From positions 1-32,000 of the forward strand of contig CP072944.1 in the NCBI GenBank assembly GCA_024748595.1: a stretch of DNA of 32,000 nt, written 5' to 3'. The translations under genes and the position numbers were made by a program. Under the pieces are notes generated by a model. The model was not told where the DNA came from. It searched no databases and was given only the letters and a program-made list of their open reading frames with translations. Shown here piece after piece: positions 1-9,431 of the stretch. Positions within the stretch are counted from its first letter, which is position 1. Every line of letters begins with the position of its first letter. This DNA is from Sodalis sp. Ffu (lineage in GTDB: Bacteria > Pseudomonadota > Gammaproteobacteria > Enterobacterales > Enterobacteriaceae).

Positions 1-517
1 GCATTGCTAGACGCTCAAGACCGTAGGTAATTTCACCTGTAACGGGTCGGCATTCTAGGCCGCCTATTTGCTGGAAGTATGTAAACTGCGTTATCTCCAT
101 GCCGTTAAGCCAAACTTCCCAACCTACCCCCCATGCGCCAAGCGTTGGATTTTCCCAGTCATCTTCAACGAAGCGGATATCATGAATTGTCGGATCTAGC
201 CCGATTTCTTTAAGCGAGCTGAAATATAATTCTTGAATATTTTTTGGTGAAGGTTTGATGATAACCTGAAACTGGTAATAGTGTTGTAATCGATTAGAGT
301 TTTTACCATAGCGCCCATCGGTAGGACGTCGTGATGGCTGTACATAGGCGACTGCAATAGAATCAGGGCCGATGGCCCGCAGGCAGGTCATCGGATGTGA
401 AGTACCTGCACCGACTTCCATATCCAGTGGTTGGATAATGGTACAGCCTTGGCAAGCCCAGTAATTTTGTAGCTTAAGGATCATATTTTGAAATGTTTTG
501 GGATTAGAGTTTTGCAT
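1..517 (-). CDS. glyQ: glycine--tRNA ligase alpha subunit, 5' part (gene runs off the window start)
   Basis: The minus-strand frame is open from the ATG at 517-515 to the window edge. The translation [51 protein letters not shown]...[10 protein letters not shown]...[12 protein letters not shown] is near-identical to the E. coli GlyQ N-terminus. It is absent from the ORF track because no stop lies in the window. Confidence 0.95.
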   Translation of the reverse strand, partial: MQNSNPKTFQNMILKLQNYWACQGCTIIQPLDMEVGAGTSHPMTCLRAIGPDSIAVAYVQPSRRPTDGRYGKNSNRLQHYYQFQVIIKPSPKNIQELYFSSLKEIGLDPTIHDIRFVEDDWENPTLGAWGVGWEVWLNGMEITQFTYFQQIGGLECRPVTGEITYGLERLAM

Positions 518-741
518 GTTAAATTTTGCATGCGCTGAGAGGGGTTGTATATTTTATGATGTCAGTATACTCTTTGGCGTTAAAATATACAGCTTAAATC
601 TGTTAATAATTATAAATACTATTATGCAAAATTTGCATAATAGTATCGCGGTGCAGTTTTATCAAATAGCTGATTGTATATATGCTGACTTATTATCATG
701 ATCATCCCTTCCCTTAACGGGAAGATCGTAATCTGGTAATT

Positions 742-937
742 TCAGAAATTTACCGAATGTGAATGTTTATTTGTGACATAGTTATGTCTGTCTGTGGTAT
801 GACATAATGTCAGTGATTTGTGTTTGATGTAGGTTTTATTACATTGTGCTTTATTGGTAATTTTAATTTTTGCTTGAAGATTTTTAAATAAATTTGTTAA
901 TATATTAACTAAATAGTCTGATTTATTCAATATATTA
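742..937 (-). mobile_element. IS903-like relic A (5' terminal fragment: terminal repeat plus transposase N-terminus remnant)
   Basis: AGTCTGATTTATTCAA at 915-930 is identical to the terminal-repeat core of the full copy at 18367-18382. Upstream blocks align to that copy, e.g. GTCAGTGATTTGTGTTTGATGTAGG vs TTCAGTGATATGTATTTGATGAGTG and ATTTTAATTTTTGCTTG vs ATTTTAAATTTTTGCTTTG. ORF 742-930 reads AKIKITNKAQCNKTYIKHKSLTL, compared with QKFKIINWTNHNKTLIKYISLKF in the full copy. Confidence 0.6.
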
Positions 938-1075
938 TTAAATGTTGATAATATATTGGAAACGGTATTGCTATTCTAGCTGATGGAAATGTATTTTTTT
1001 ATCTAAAGGCGTGGGTGATGTAATATATTCATAGATATATAGCTATGAAGCTTGAGGGCTTATTTGTATTGATAG

Positions 1076-1098
1076 GGGTACATTATGCTAATGTACCC
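1076..1098 (-). terminator. possible ibpB terminator hairpin
   Basis: Perfect 10-bp stem GGGTACATTA / TAATGTACCC with a 3-nt loop, 9 nt downstream of the ibpB stop. The trailing U-tract on the minus strand is poor (CTATCAATAC). Confidence 0.4.
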
Positions 1099-1106
1099 GG
1101 TTCTGC

Positions 1107-1562
1107 TTATTCAGAGTTGAGTACGCGCTCTTCCAGCGTAGAATGTAACTGGTTATCGCTAATGGCGATATGCCGCGGTTGTAGAGATTCGGGGATGTGC
1201 CGCTCTAGGTCGATATTCAGCAAGCCATTGGTAAAATCTGCCTGTTTTACTATCATATGTTCCGCTAGCGTAAAGCCGAGTGAGAATTCTTCGCATACCA
1301 GTCCTTGATGCAGGTACTGCATTTTTTTATCCTCCAGCGCAGGTTTACCTTTGATGGTCAGGAGCGGTCCTTCAAGTTCAATGGATAATTCTTTTTGTTT
1401 AAATCCTGCCAGGGCTAGGGTAATTCGATAGTGGTTATCGTCCCCTTTTTCAATGTTATATGGCGGGAAGCTTAAGCCATCTTGACCTCCATGCATGTTA
1501 TTGGCTAATTTATCAAAACCAATCCACTGACGAAGTAATGGAGAAAGATCATAATTGCGCAT
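1107..1562 (-). CDS. ibpB: small heat-shock protein IbpB
   Basis: 151-aa [24 protein letters not shown]...[23 protein letters not shown] matches E. coli IbpB almost residue for residue. AGGAG lies 8 nt upstream of the ATG. Confidence 0.95.
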   Translation of the reverse strand: MRNYDLSPLLRQWIGFDKLANNMHGGQDGLSFPPYNIEKGDDNHYRITLALAGFKQKELSIELEGPLLTIKGKPALEDKKMQYLHQGLVCEEFSLGFTLAEHMIVKQADFTNGLLNIDLERHIPESLQPRHIAISDNQLHSTLEERVLNSE

Positions 1563-1665
1563 GGTATTAACTCCTTATTTTGGCTAAATAACTCTTTCAA
1601 CTCGCCAATCGAGTTGAATTTACTGCCCTAATGGGCAGAAATTTTTGTATATAGGCGCGAAGGCT

Positions 1666-2082
1666 TTATTTAATTTCGATACGGCGCGGTTTTAATATTT
1701 CTGGCACAACACGTTGTAAATTAATATAAAGCAGCCCGTTTTCTAAATTGGCACCTGTTACTTTAATATGTTCGGCTAATTGGAATTGACGCTCGAAATT
1801 ACGATCGAGAATACCTTGATATAAATAGTTACGTCCGCTTAACTCAGGGGAGGAGTAAGCACCTTTCACCGTTAGCAAGTTATCATTGGCGGTGATCTCA
1901 AGTTCTTTTTCCGAGAAGCCTGCAACTGCGATGGATATGCGGTACTGGTTTTCACTGATCAATTCAACATTATAGAGAGGATAACTGCCGTTATCTTGGC
2001 TTTGGCCAGCTTCAAGCAGGTTAACTAAACGGTCGAAGCCGATGGCGGAACGATATAACGGTGAAAAATCGAAATTATGCAT
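1666..2082 (-). CDS. ibpA: small heat-shock protein IbpA
   Basis: 138-aa [22 protein letters not shown]...[23 protein letters not shown]...PRRIEIK matches E. coli IbpA. GGAGG lies upstream of the ATG, and the ibpA-ibpB tandem order is as in E. coli. Confidence 0.95.
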   Translation of the reverse strand: MHNFDFSPLYRSAIGFDRLVNLLEAGQSQDNGSYPLYNVELISENQYRISIAVAGFSEKELEITANDNLLTVKGAYSSPELSGRNYLYQGILDRNFERQFQLAEHIKVTGANLENGLLYINLQRVVPEILKPRRIEIK

Positions 2083-2174
2083 AGCTTTAAACCTCCATAA
2101 TTAAGCTAAAGTACGAATTTTTTGTTAGACAGGCTAGTGACCTGATTAGCAGATATGTTTTTTAATCATAAATG

Positions 2175-2201
2175 TAATGGAGCCGCCTTTGAATTTTCAA
2201 G
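2175..2201 (-). promoter_or_regulatory. putative sigma-32 heat-shock promoter of ibpAB
   Basis: The minus strand reads CTTGAAA-N12-CTCCATTA, compared with the sigma-32 consensus CTTGAAA-N13-17-CCCCATNT. It lies about 95 nt upstream of the ibpA ATG, which is where a promoter would be expected. Confidence 0.45.
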
Positions 2202-2342
2202 CGATAAAAGCTTTTTGCATAATACTGTATGCCAAGTATTTTGTTACAGATCTTGAACTATTAGCCTGCTAGGCATTTTATTCAACGCGCATTTCATTGC
2301 TATTATATTTCTTTAGCTGAGCATTATACCTCTGATAATTTC

Positions 2343-2390
2343 AGAAGTCTGTTGAATATTTATTTTAGAAGTCTGTTGAATATTTATTTT
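2343..2390. repeat. perfect 24-bp tandem duplication (AGAAGTCTGTTGAATATTTATTTT x2)
   Basis: Read directly: 2343-2366 is identical to 2367-2390. Confidence 0.95.
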
Positions 2391-2726
2391 AGTATACGGT
2401 ATATTACCACAAAAGAAAAGAGGTAGAGCTAACTGTGTAATGTGTCGTGGTGTATCGTATCTATTAGGAAGTATTCGCTAACCACGTTTCTTTTTGGACC
2501 GTGTGTTCTGACATAAACTGATGAAGAAAATTTACCACATTTTTGATGGATTTCAGAGACCAGCGGCCCTACTAATATAATATAGAATATTCATTTCATC
2601 CTTGTAATATGGTGACGTTATTTAATCAGCATGATCATCGGGAGCTTGATTTATTTTGGGGGTAGGGTTGAAGATTTGGAATATGTTGCCTACATTTGCT
2701 GTACCACTATAGTTTAGTTGGCTAAT

Positions 2727-2762
2727 TAGGAGGCGGTATAGTTGTAGGAGGCGGTAGAGTTG
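2727..2762. repeat. 18-bp tandem duplication (TAGGAGGCGGTATAGTTG / TAGGAGGCGGTAGAGTTG)
   Basis: Read directly: two adjacent units with one mismatch. Confidence 0.95.
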
Positions 2763-4066
2763 ATGCTAGGATCGTGATCACTGGGAATATGGTTATTTTA
2801 GCACTTTTTTACTATGATGCATGAAGTGGTACTGGATGGTACTCTAGGTACTTTATATGTAATGATAGGGATTTATGTTATGTTTATTATGCTGTGTGGT
2901 GCCATTATAGATATTCTGTAATAGGACTCGTTTATAGGTGTGAACAGAAGGTTGATATTTTGCGGTGAGATCAAAGGTATTAACTGGTCTGTTTATATGC
3001 GGTCCAAACTATGGACATATCTAGTGTTGTGGTTTGATACCAACAGATTAATAGTTGTTTATGCTATGAGAAAATAAAACTGTTTATTTCAATCAAGACA
3101 GTTTAGTACGCTATTCAAAGGGATATTTATAATAAAATTTATTTTCTCCTGACGTTACGAGCATTATTTATAAGATTTTAAAAGTTTATTTTTAGTTATT
3201 AATATTCTTTGATAAGGTTTTCCAGAATTTTATCTGTATCAGTAAACTAGATAAATGTTTATATTATTATAAAGAATTGAATAACGCAATTGCTTGTATT
3301 TATATATGACTAGGCTGAAAAAAGATTTAGTGAAGTTGAATGGAAAATCAGAACGCTGATATTCTTTTCTGTGCAAGGGTGGTATGCTAATTGCAATTAA
3401 TTGGTATATGAATAATGTTTAAAAGGATAATGAGCATCGTCGCGTTATTAATGGTGTGGAGTGCTAAAAAGTTACGTTAAGCAATTCTATTATATTATTG
3501 TATTGCCGCCTCGGCGGATCGATCAAAATTCTTACTCAATCTTGCCGCGATGTGTTATTTAGGTGATCTTGTCTTTATTGTTTCTAGTTTGATTAATCTG
3601 TTTAAACTACTGGATATTACAGGTATTTTATTGATAGTGCGATTTGTGTCTTTATAATAATTTTAAATGGGAGTGAATGCTTTAGGGCTGTTGTGATTGT
3701 TTAGCCGATGATTGACGTTATGGCCGGTGTTGAGTAAGGTAAGAACTTTCTCTATATGATATGTGCTGCTGCATAACTTATCACTGAATAAAATTATCAA
3801 ATCCGCCATGTTAGCGGATATTCTAAATATCGGTGGGCTGTTGATTTTTTAGTGCCACGTTTTAGCTCCGTCTTGGCTGTTTGCTGCTTTTGCCTCAGAG
3901 GTGCAATCGGTTATAAAGTGGCGTTGCTAATCACATTTGGCATGTCAGGGGTGTTTGGGGTATAGCTAAGCATCGTCACTAGTGAAAGCGGTGGCCTTTA
4001 GAACGATGGTTCAATAATTTAGTGGCGCTTGGTACTCATAATAGAAAAATTACATAAGGAGTAATT

Positions 4067-4705
4067 TTGATTAATTCAACAGTTCAACGTGTTGTTTTTT
4101 TTGATTTGGATGGCACACTACATCAACAGGACATGTTTGGCTGTTTTCTGCGTTATTTGCTCAGACATTTGCCGTTTAATTTGTTGCTGGTGTTTTTCAT
4201 TTTACCGGTGGTGGGTATTGGATTGTTGGTAAAAGGCCGTTCAGCTTGCTGGCCGATGAGTCTATTACTTTGGTCGATAACTTTTGGACATAGCGAAATG
4301 CGGCTGCAAGCGTTACAAACGAATTTTGTTGAGTGGTTCCGCGAGAGGGTTACTCGCTTTCCCGACGTGCAGCAGCGACTAGATACGTATTTAGCCAGTC
4401 AGGATGCGCAAGTATGGTTGATTACCGGTTCCCCGGAGTCATTGGTAGAAAAGGTATACCATGATGCTATTTTTTTGCCTCAGGTCCGGTTAATTGGTAG
4501 CCAGATGCATCGTTGCCATGGCGGCTGGATGCTAAGTTTGCGTTGTTTAGGACATGAAAAAGTGTTACAGCTGGAACGTGAGTTGGGTATTCCTCTTAAA
4601 TTATACAGTGGATACAGCGATAGTATTCACGATAGTCCACTGCTCTATTTTTGTCAATATCGTTGGCGGGTGACGTATGATGGTCAGCTTAAACAGCTGG
4701 ATTGA
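4067..4705 (+). CDS. pgpC: phosphatidylglycerophosphatase C (YfhB/PgpC), HAD family
   Basis: 212-aa ORF with a TTG start 7 nt after AAGGAG. RVVFFDLDGTLHQQDMFG.FLRYLL...WLITGSP...RCLGHEKV.QLE...LYSGYSDS..D.PLLYFCQ.RWRV is collinear with E. coli PgpC (211 aa). The pgpC-tadA order is as in E. coli. Confidence 0.9.
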   Translation: MINSTVQRVVFFDLDGTLHQQDMFGCFLRYLLRHLPFNLLLVFFILPVVGIGLLVKGRSACWPMSLLLWSITFGHSEMRLQALQTNFVEWFRERVTRFPDVQQRLDTYLASQDAQVWLITGSPESLVEKVYHDAIFLPQVRLIGSQMHRCHGGWMLSLRCLGHEKVLQLERELGIPLKLYSGYSDSIHDSPLLYFCQYRWRVTYDGQLKQLD

Positions 4706-4754
4706 GTTGGGGCTTTCTTGCATCGTTTTTTTCCGGTATAAATCCGGGCGGTAA

Positions 4755-5222
<468 letters not shown>

Positions 5223-5662
5223 CGATAGAGCGCGGTCTATGTTGGAAGCGCAGATGTTGGACAAATGAGACCAAGTATCATTATGTTTTGTTGTCACGGT
5301 ACTTAGCACGTATTAACTGGATCGGCATTTACCGCTAATATCTCTGAGCGATTTTTTTATCTTGTAATAATCCATTATGCTCGATTAGTTAAGCTGTAGA
5401 TGATTTAGATTTAGCACGAGTTGATCCTGTATGATCACAGTCCATATTCAACGCGCGTCCTTAGTTGGTCATATTAATTTGGTAATGTCATAGAGTCCTT
5501 GAATACCAGTTTTATTTGTGACATGGTTACTCTCTTTGCAGAGAGCGTAATATGAGTTAGGTTGCTATCACACATGTAGCAAGTGCTATGGTGTCATCAA
5601 ATATGATGAGTGTGTATCAGCTCGAAGGCTGGGTACTATGTTCAAATATATCGCTAAAAATT

Positions 5663-5739
5663 TGGTCGGTGAGAGAGGATTTGAACCCCCGACCTATACG
5701 TCCCGAACGTATTGCGCTACCTAGCTGCGCTACTCACCG
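5663..5739 (-). tRNA. proK: tRNA-Pro (anticodon CGG)
   Basis: The reverse complement is CGGTGAGTAGCGCAGCTAGGTAGCGCAATACGTTCGGGACGTATAGGTCGGGGGTTCAAATCCTCTCTCACCGACCA. It folds as a cloverleaf with anticodon loop TTCGGGA, a GTTCAAATC T-loop and an encoded CCA. Confidence 0.9.
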
Positions 5740-7464
5740 TACTATAATATGAATATGATGGCATTCGATTGGTTTTGCTGCAGAAGTTAATCTTTTTTTA
5801 TAGCGGGCAACCGTTTATGATTTTATTAATTGCAGTTGTTTGCTATTACTTTACTACTCGTTGTTTACTAGTCCTAGTTGCTTAACTTGATACATTACAT
5901 TCAGCAAGAAGTAATTAAGACATCCTTATGAATGTCTGATAAGCTCTTACCATTGGATTTTTCTTTAATTAAAATAAAATTTTAAAACACTTATTAATTA
6001 TAAGTGTAGCATACCTAGTTGAGTGATTTTATTCAAGTGTGTTTGATGGCCTTTTCCTTCCCTACTTGTGTATAGTAGTCTTGTAATGTGCTAAGAAGTT
6101 AGTTAAATAGCTATTTATTAAAATTTTTTGCTAGAAAATATCGATGGTGATGGACTTTTTATCCTTCGTAGTCATTATTTTCTGTGAAACGTTGATTTTT
6201 TAGTAGCGCTTGATTTCTATCAGCAATTGTCCGATTAATAGTCTCAGGTTATTTTAGTAGGGAAGAGATATCCGTTTGAATTTGTAGTTAGCATATCATG
6301 GATACCACGGATAGGTTCTATTACTGGTAGTTTCATTGATTTTTAGCATATTTGCAAGCGGTCAGGTAGTGTTGTTGTATCTGTATAATTCAGTGATAGT
6401 CAAAGTGGATGATTTTATGTGTTATGGTATCGATTGATAATGCTGATTTTTTTGGATACGTTCTGTCTTTTTATGTTTTATAATATAACTTATAACAATT
6501 GAGTAGTTGTTATAAGTTAAGGTTTTATCATGATATTAACGTGTCTATCCCGTTTCTTGATGCAGATGGAGTCCGGAAGATAAACATTTATTAATGTAAC
6601 TAGCAACAACAGAGTTCTTCTCAAAACATATATCACTGATATTATGGTTGAATGTTTTAATTATTTTTACCTTAATATGAAAGAATAAAACTGTTTAGAA
6701 ATTATTGAATATACTATTTGGAGATAGTAATTATCAATGTATTAATAATAAATTAATATTTTATTTGATACTAAGAGTATTATAAAATCATTTTTAGTTA
6801 AAGAATGTTTTTAAATTAACTATATTTTAATTTTTTAAATTATTTATATCATAATTGATGTTGTCTTTGTGCTGATAGGTTTAAGATAAACATTGAAATA
6901 TATGTCTAAAAATTTCGTATTTAGTGCAAATAAAATGTGGAGGTCTGATATCACGGCATACGTGAATCATTTACTCTGATTATCATCACATCACTGATGC
7001 AGAAGTACTACTTGACTAATTGTAAAATATTTTGGTAGTAATGACAGTTTATTAATTAAAAGTCGAAATAATATCTCTTCTCTATAAGATTATCTTGCTA
7101 CTGTTAGTAATTAATATTTCTAGAAATTAATTGTTGGTATCAACATTTAATAAAAATAATGATCATCGATTCTTTCTGGTACAAATATTTATTTTATGAA
7201 TAAATATTTGGTAGACTTATATGTAATTAAATTACCTATAGTTAAAAAATTTTAATATATATAAAACATGCATTAAATAAATGTTTTAATTATTATGTTA
7301 TGTTTATAATTAAATTAGTAGTTAATTTTAATTATAAAAAGATTCAGCGATAATTAAATTTTATAGAAAACTGTAAAAACTAAGCGAGTAATAAAAGAAT
7401 ATTAAAGGTCGACTATTAATCTTTTTGCTAACTTTGAAAGCTAGAGGTCAACACATTTTAAAAA

Positions 7465-7541
7465 TGGTCGGCGAGAGAGGATTTGAACCTCCGACACACT
7501 GGTCCCAAACCAGTTGCGCTCCCAAACTGCGCTACTCGCCG
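7465..7541 (-). tRNA. proM: tRNA-Pro (anticodon UGG)
   Basis: The reverse complement is CGGCGAGTAGCGCAGTTTGGGAGCGCAACTGGTTTGGGACCAGTGTGTCGGAGGTTCAAATCCTCTCTCGCCGACCA, with anticodon loop TTTGGGA and an encoded CCA. It is the last gene of an argX-hisR-leuT-proM-type operon. Confidence 0.9.
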
Positions 7542-7624
7542 AATTTATGTACAATGCTTGCTTCTAATCGAAGCTTTCGAAGGGCGTCGAGGAGCAAGTG
7601 TATTCTGACAAGAAGATAATAGAA

Positions 7625-7712
7625 TGGTGCGAAGAGAGGGATTTGAACCCTCACGTCTATTTAAGACACTAACACCTGAAACTAGCGCGTCTACCAATTC
7701 CGCCACCTTCGC
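7625..7712 (-). tRNA. leuT: tRNA-Leu (anticodon CAG), long variable arm
   Basis: The reverse complement is GCGAAGGTGGCGGAATTGGTAGACGCGCTAGTTTCAGGTGTTAGTGTCTTAAATAGACGTGAGGGTTCAAATCCCTCTCTTCGCACCA. It closely matches E. coli tRNA-Leu(CAG). Confidence 0.9.
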
Positions 7713-7727
7713 ATGTCTACTAATTAA

Positions 7728-7804
7728 TGGGGTGATTGATGGGATTTGAACCCACGACAACTGGAATCACAATCCAGGGCTCTACCAACTGAGCTACAAT
7801 CACC
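7728..7804 (-). tRNA. hisR: tRNA-His (anticodon GUG, with the extra 5' G)
   Basis: The reverse complement is GGTGATTGTAGCTCAGTTGGTAGAGCCCTGGATTGTGATTCCAGTTGTCGTGGGTTCAAATCCCATCAATCACCCCA. It closely matches E. coli hisR. Confidence 0.9.
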
Positions 7805-7859
7805 ATTGTTGTTATTTTTGAAATGTAGCGTAATTACTACGTTTAGTGTATAAATTTCG

Positions 7860-7936
<77 letters not shown>

Positions 7937-8049
7937 GTAGTACGATGTAAGAGGAAATGGTACGAATTTATGCGCTAACTGTCTAGTGCTTTTCATAGAA
8001 AGATGATACGTGTAATTTACCTTTTACTCACTTTTTTATTTGTTTATTT

Positions 8050-8790
8050 CCTTTTTTTTGAAAATTATTTTCTATATTTTAATTATAAACATCCGGTGAT
8101 ATAATAACCCAGATAGCGTTAAAGTTTCAGATGTTGTTGCAGATGATATGGTTGACTTTGCAATTTGTGAAGCCACTTTAACCGAATATTCTGCCATCTT
8201 TTGGGCCCTTCATAATGATAAGGTAAATACGTCGTTAACTTTATCTTTATAGCGGAAATCCCATGGTGCCGGTAATAATTGCTGCCTTTCTTTTAAAATG
8301 TATTAAATAGCGCTTTTTGCTAGTTATGAGTAAAACAAGCTTCAATAGTTGACTATCTTTACCTTCCATGGTTTGCTCCACCCTTCCGGTCGTTCACCTA
8401 CCAGGAATACTGGGCCCCTTTTTACCAGTCTGAGCCATCAGACTCCTCCCATGGGTATGCGCACGATTGCATTGCGTTCGTCCTTCATAGGAATAATCGC
8501 TTATTGTATGGTGTAGGATTTAAGCTTAGTTATGTGCTACGGTATCAGACCTGCACGTCGAAAAATCAAAAATGGCAGTTTAACTATTAGCAGACATAGT
8601 CTAAATATTAAATAAAATACCACGTGTGAAATAAATGCATCCAGCTCTCTGCGCACGAATACGATCATGTTGAACATCGCACTATAAAAATGCTGCAGCA
8701 GTTATAAACGATAGTTAGTGGTTGCTCTGTCGTGCTGATACACGGGTATCGAAAACTTTCTTTAATGAATAAGTTCGATTGTTATCTTGC
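8050..8790 (-). pseudogene. wecG: wecG (rffM) remnant, UDP-ManNAcA transferase of ECA synthesis
   Basis: Minus-strand fragments are VRRELDA (E. coli VRELINA), FRRAGLIP (SRVAGADL) and RLVKRGPVFLVGERPEGW (KEGTPVFLVGGKPEVL). They sit in different frames with stops between them. The position between wzyE and the tRNA operon fits synteny if yifK is lost. Confidence 0.5.
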
Positions 8791-8799
8791 ACAGCGGAA

Positions 8800-9175
8800 T
8801 AACCTATCTTATTGGTAAGATCGTTAGCCGAGAATGATTATTTAGCACTTTTTAGGTGAAGTAGTTAGCTGCATGTAATACCGCGTTGGTATATTCGTCC
8901 ATAGACACCCAGTAATAAAAACATAAAAATAACACACAATAGGTGCCAGCAGCATCCAAAGTGGTGATCCAGCTATGCTGGATAGCGATAAATACGAATA
9001 GAGCAAATGCAATGATGATATTAGCGCTGGTGCCATTTCCGTAACCATATAGGTAAAAATGCCGAAGGTGAGGGTGCTGACTACAAATTAGAGTCAATTG
9101 CGTTGGATGACATTCAAGAAATAAATTAGTAACATAGCTGATAAAAAATAAAAGAATCGTTTTGACTATATGTCA
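8800..9175 (-). pseudogene. wzyE: wzyE remnant (ECA polymerase), heavily deleted
   Basis: Overlapping ORFs at 8842-9097 read [32 protein letters not shown] and NAVLHAANYFT. E. coli WzyE has [33 protein letters not shown] and MVLNSANYFT. Only a few hundred bp remain of a roughly 1.35-kb gene. Confidence 0.55.
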
Positions 9176-9184
9176 AAGACTTAA

Positions 9185-9208
9185 TTGTAGGTGTGCTTGT
9201 AGGTGTGC
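9185..9208. repeat. perfect 12-bp tandem duplication (TTGTAGGTGTGC x2)
   Basis: Read directly. Confidence 0.95.
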
Positions 9209-9383
9209 AGTCGGAAACGGTATAAATCCATCATGGCTGAAATAGGCAATAACTGTCTTGCATTGGCGCAACAGTATTAAATAGTCTTTAAAGCACATTG
9301 GTTCATAAAAATTTACAGGTCGGCGGCTGTGAGGTGTCTTTCAGCTTTTGCACTTGTCTTAGTTATATAGACGTCCATTACTA

Positions 9384-9431
9384 GCAGGATAGTCCATCGG
9401 CAGTATTGCAGGATAGTCCATCGGCAGTATT
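9384..9431. repeat. perfect 24-bp tandem duplication (GCAGGATAGTCCATCGGCAGTATT x2)
   Basis: Read directly: 9384-9407 is identical to 9408-9431. It lies inside the wecE remnant. Confidence 0.95.

Noticed and set aside
2343-2390. The 24-bp duplicated unit read as a pair of IS903 terminal repeats, because it contains TGTTGAATA.
   Set aside because: Only 9 nt match the repeat core, and the flanking sequence does not align to copies B or D. It is kept only as a tandem duplication.
3430-3480. A 16-codon hydrophobic mini-ORF (MSIVALLMVWSAKKLR) preceded by AAGGA; considered as a type I toxin or small membrane peptide.
   Set aside because: It is too short to distinguish from chance in 2 kb of junk. 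I saw no recognisable family, no antisense-RNA-like partner and no terminator.
7937-8010. A candidate promoter for the tRNA operon (minus strand TAGACA-N17-TACCAT).
   Set aside because: Both hexamers are weak matches, and I have no way to score it against alternatives. It is not reported as a feature.
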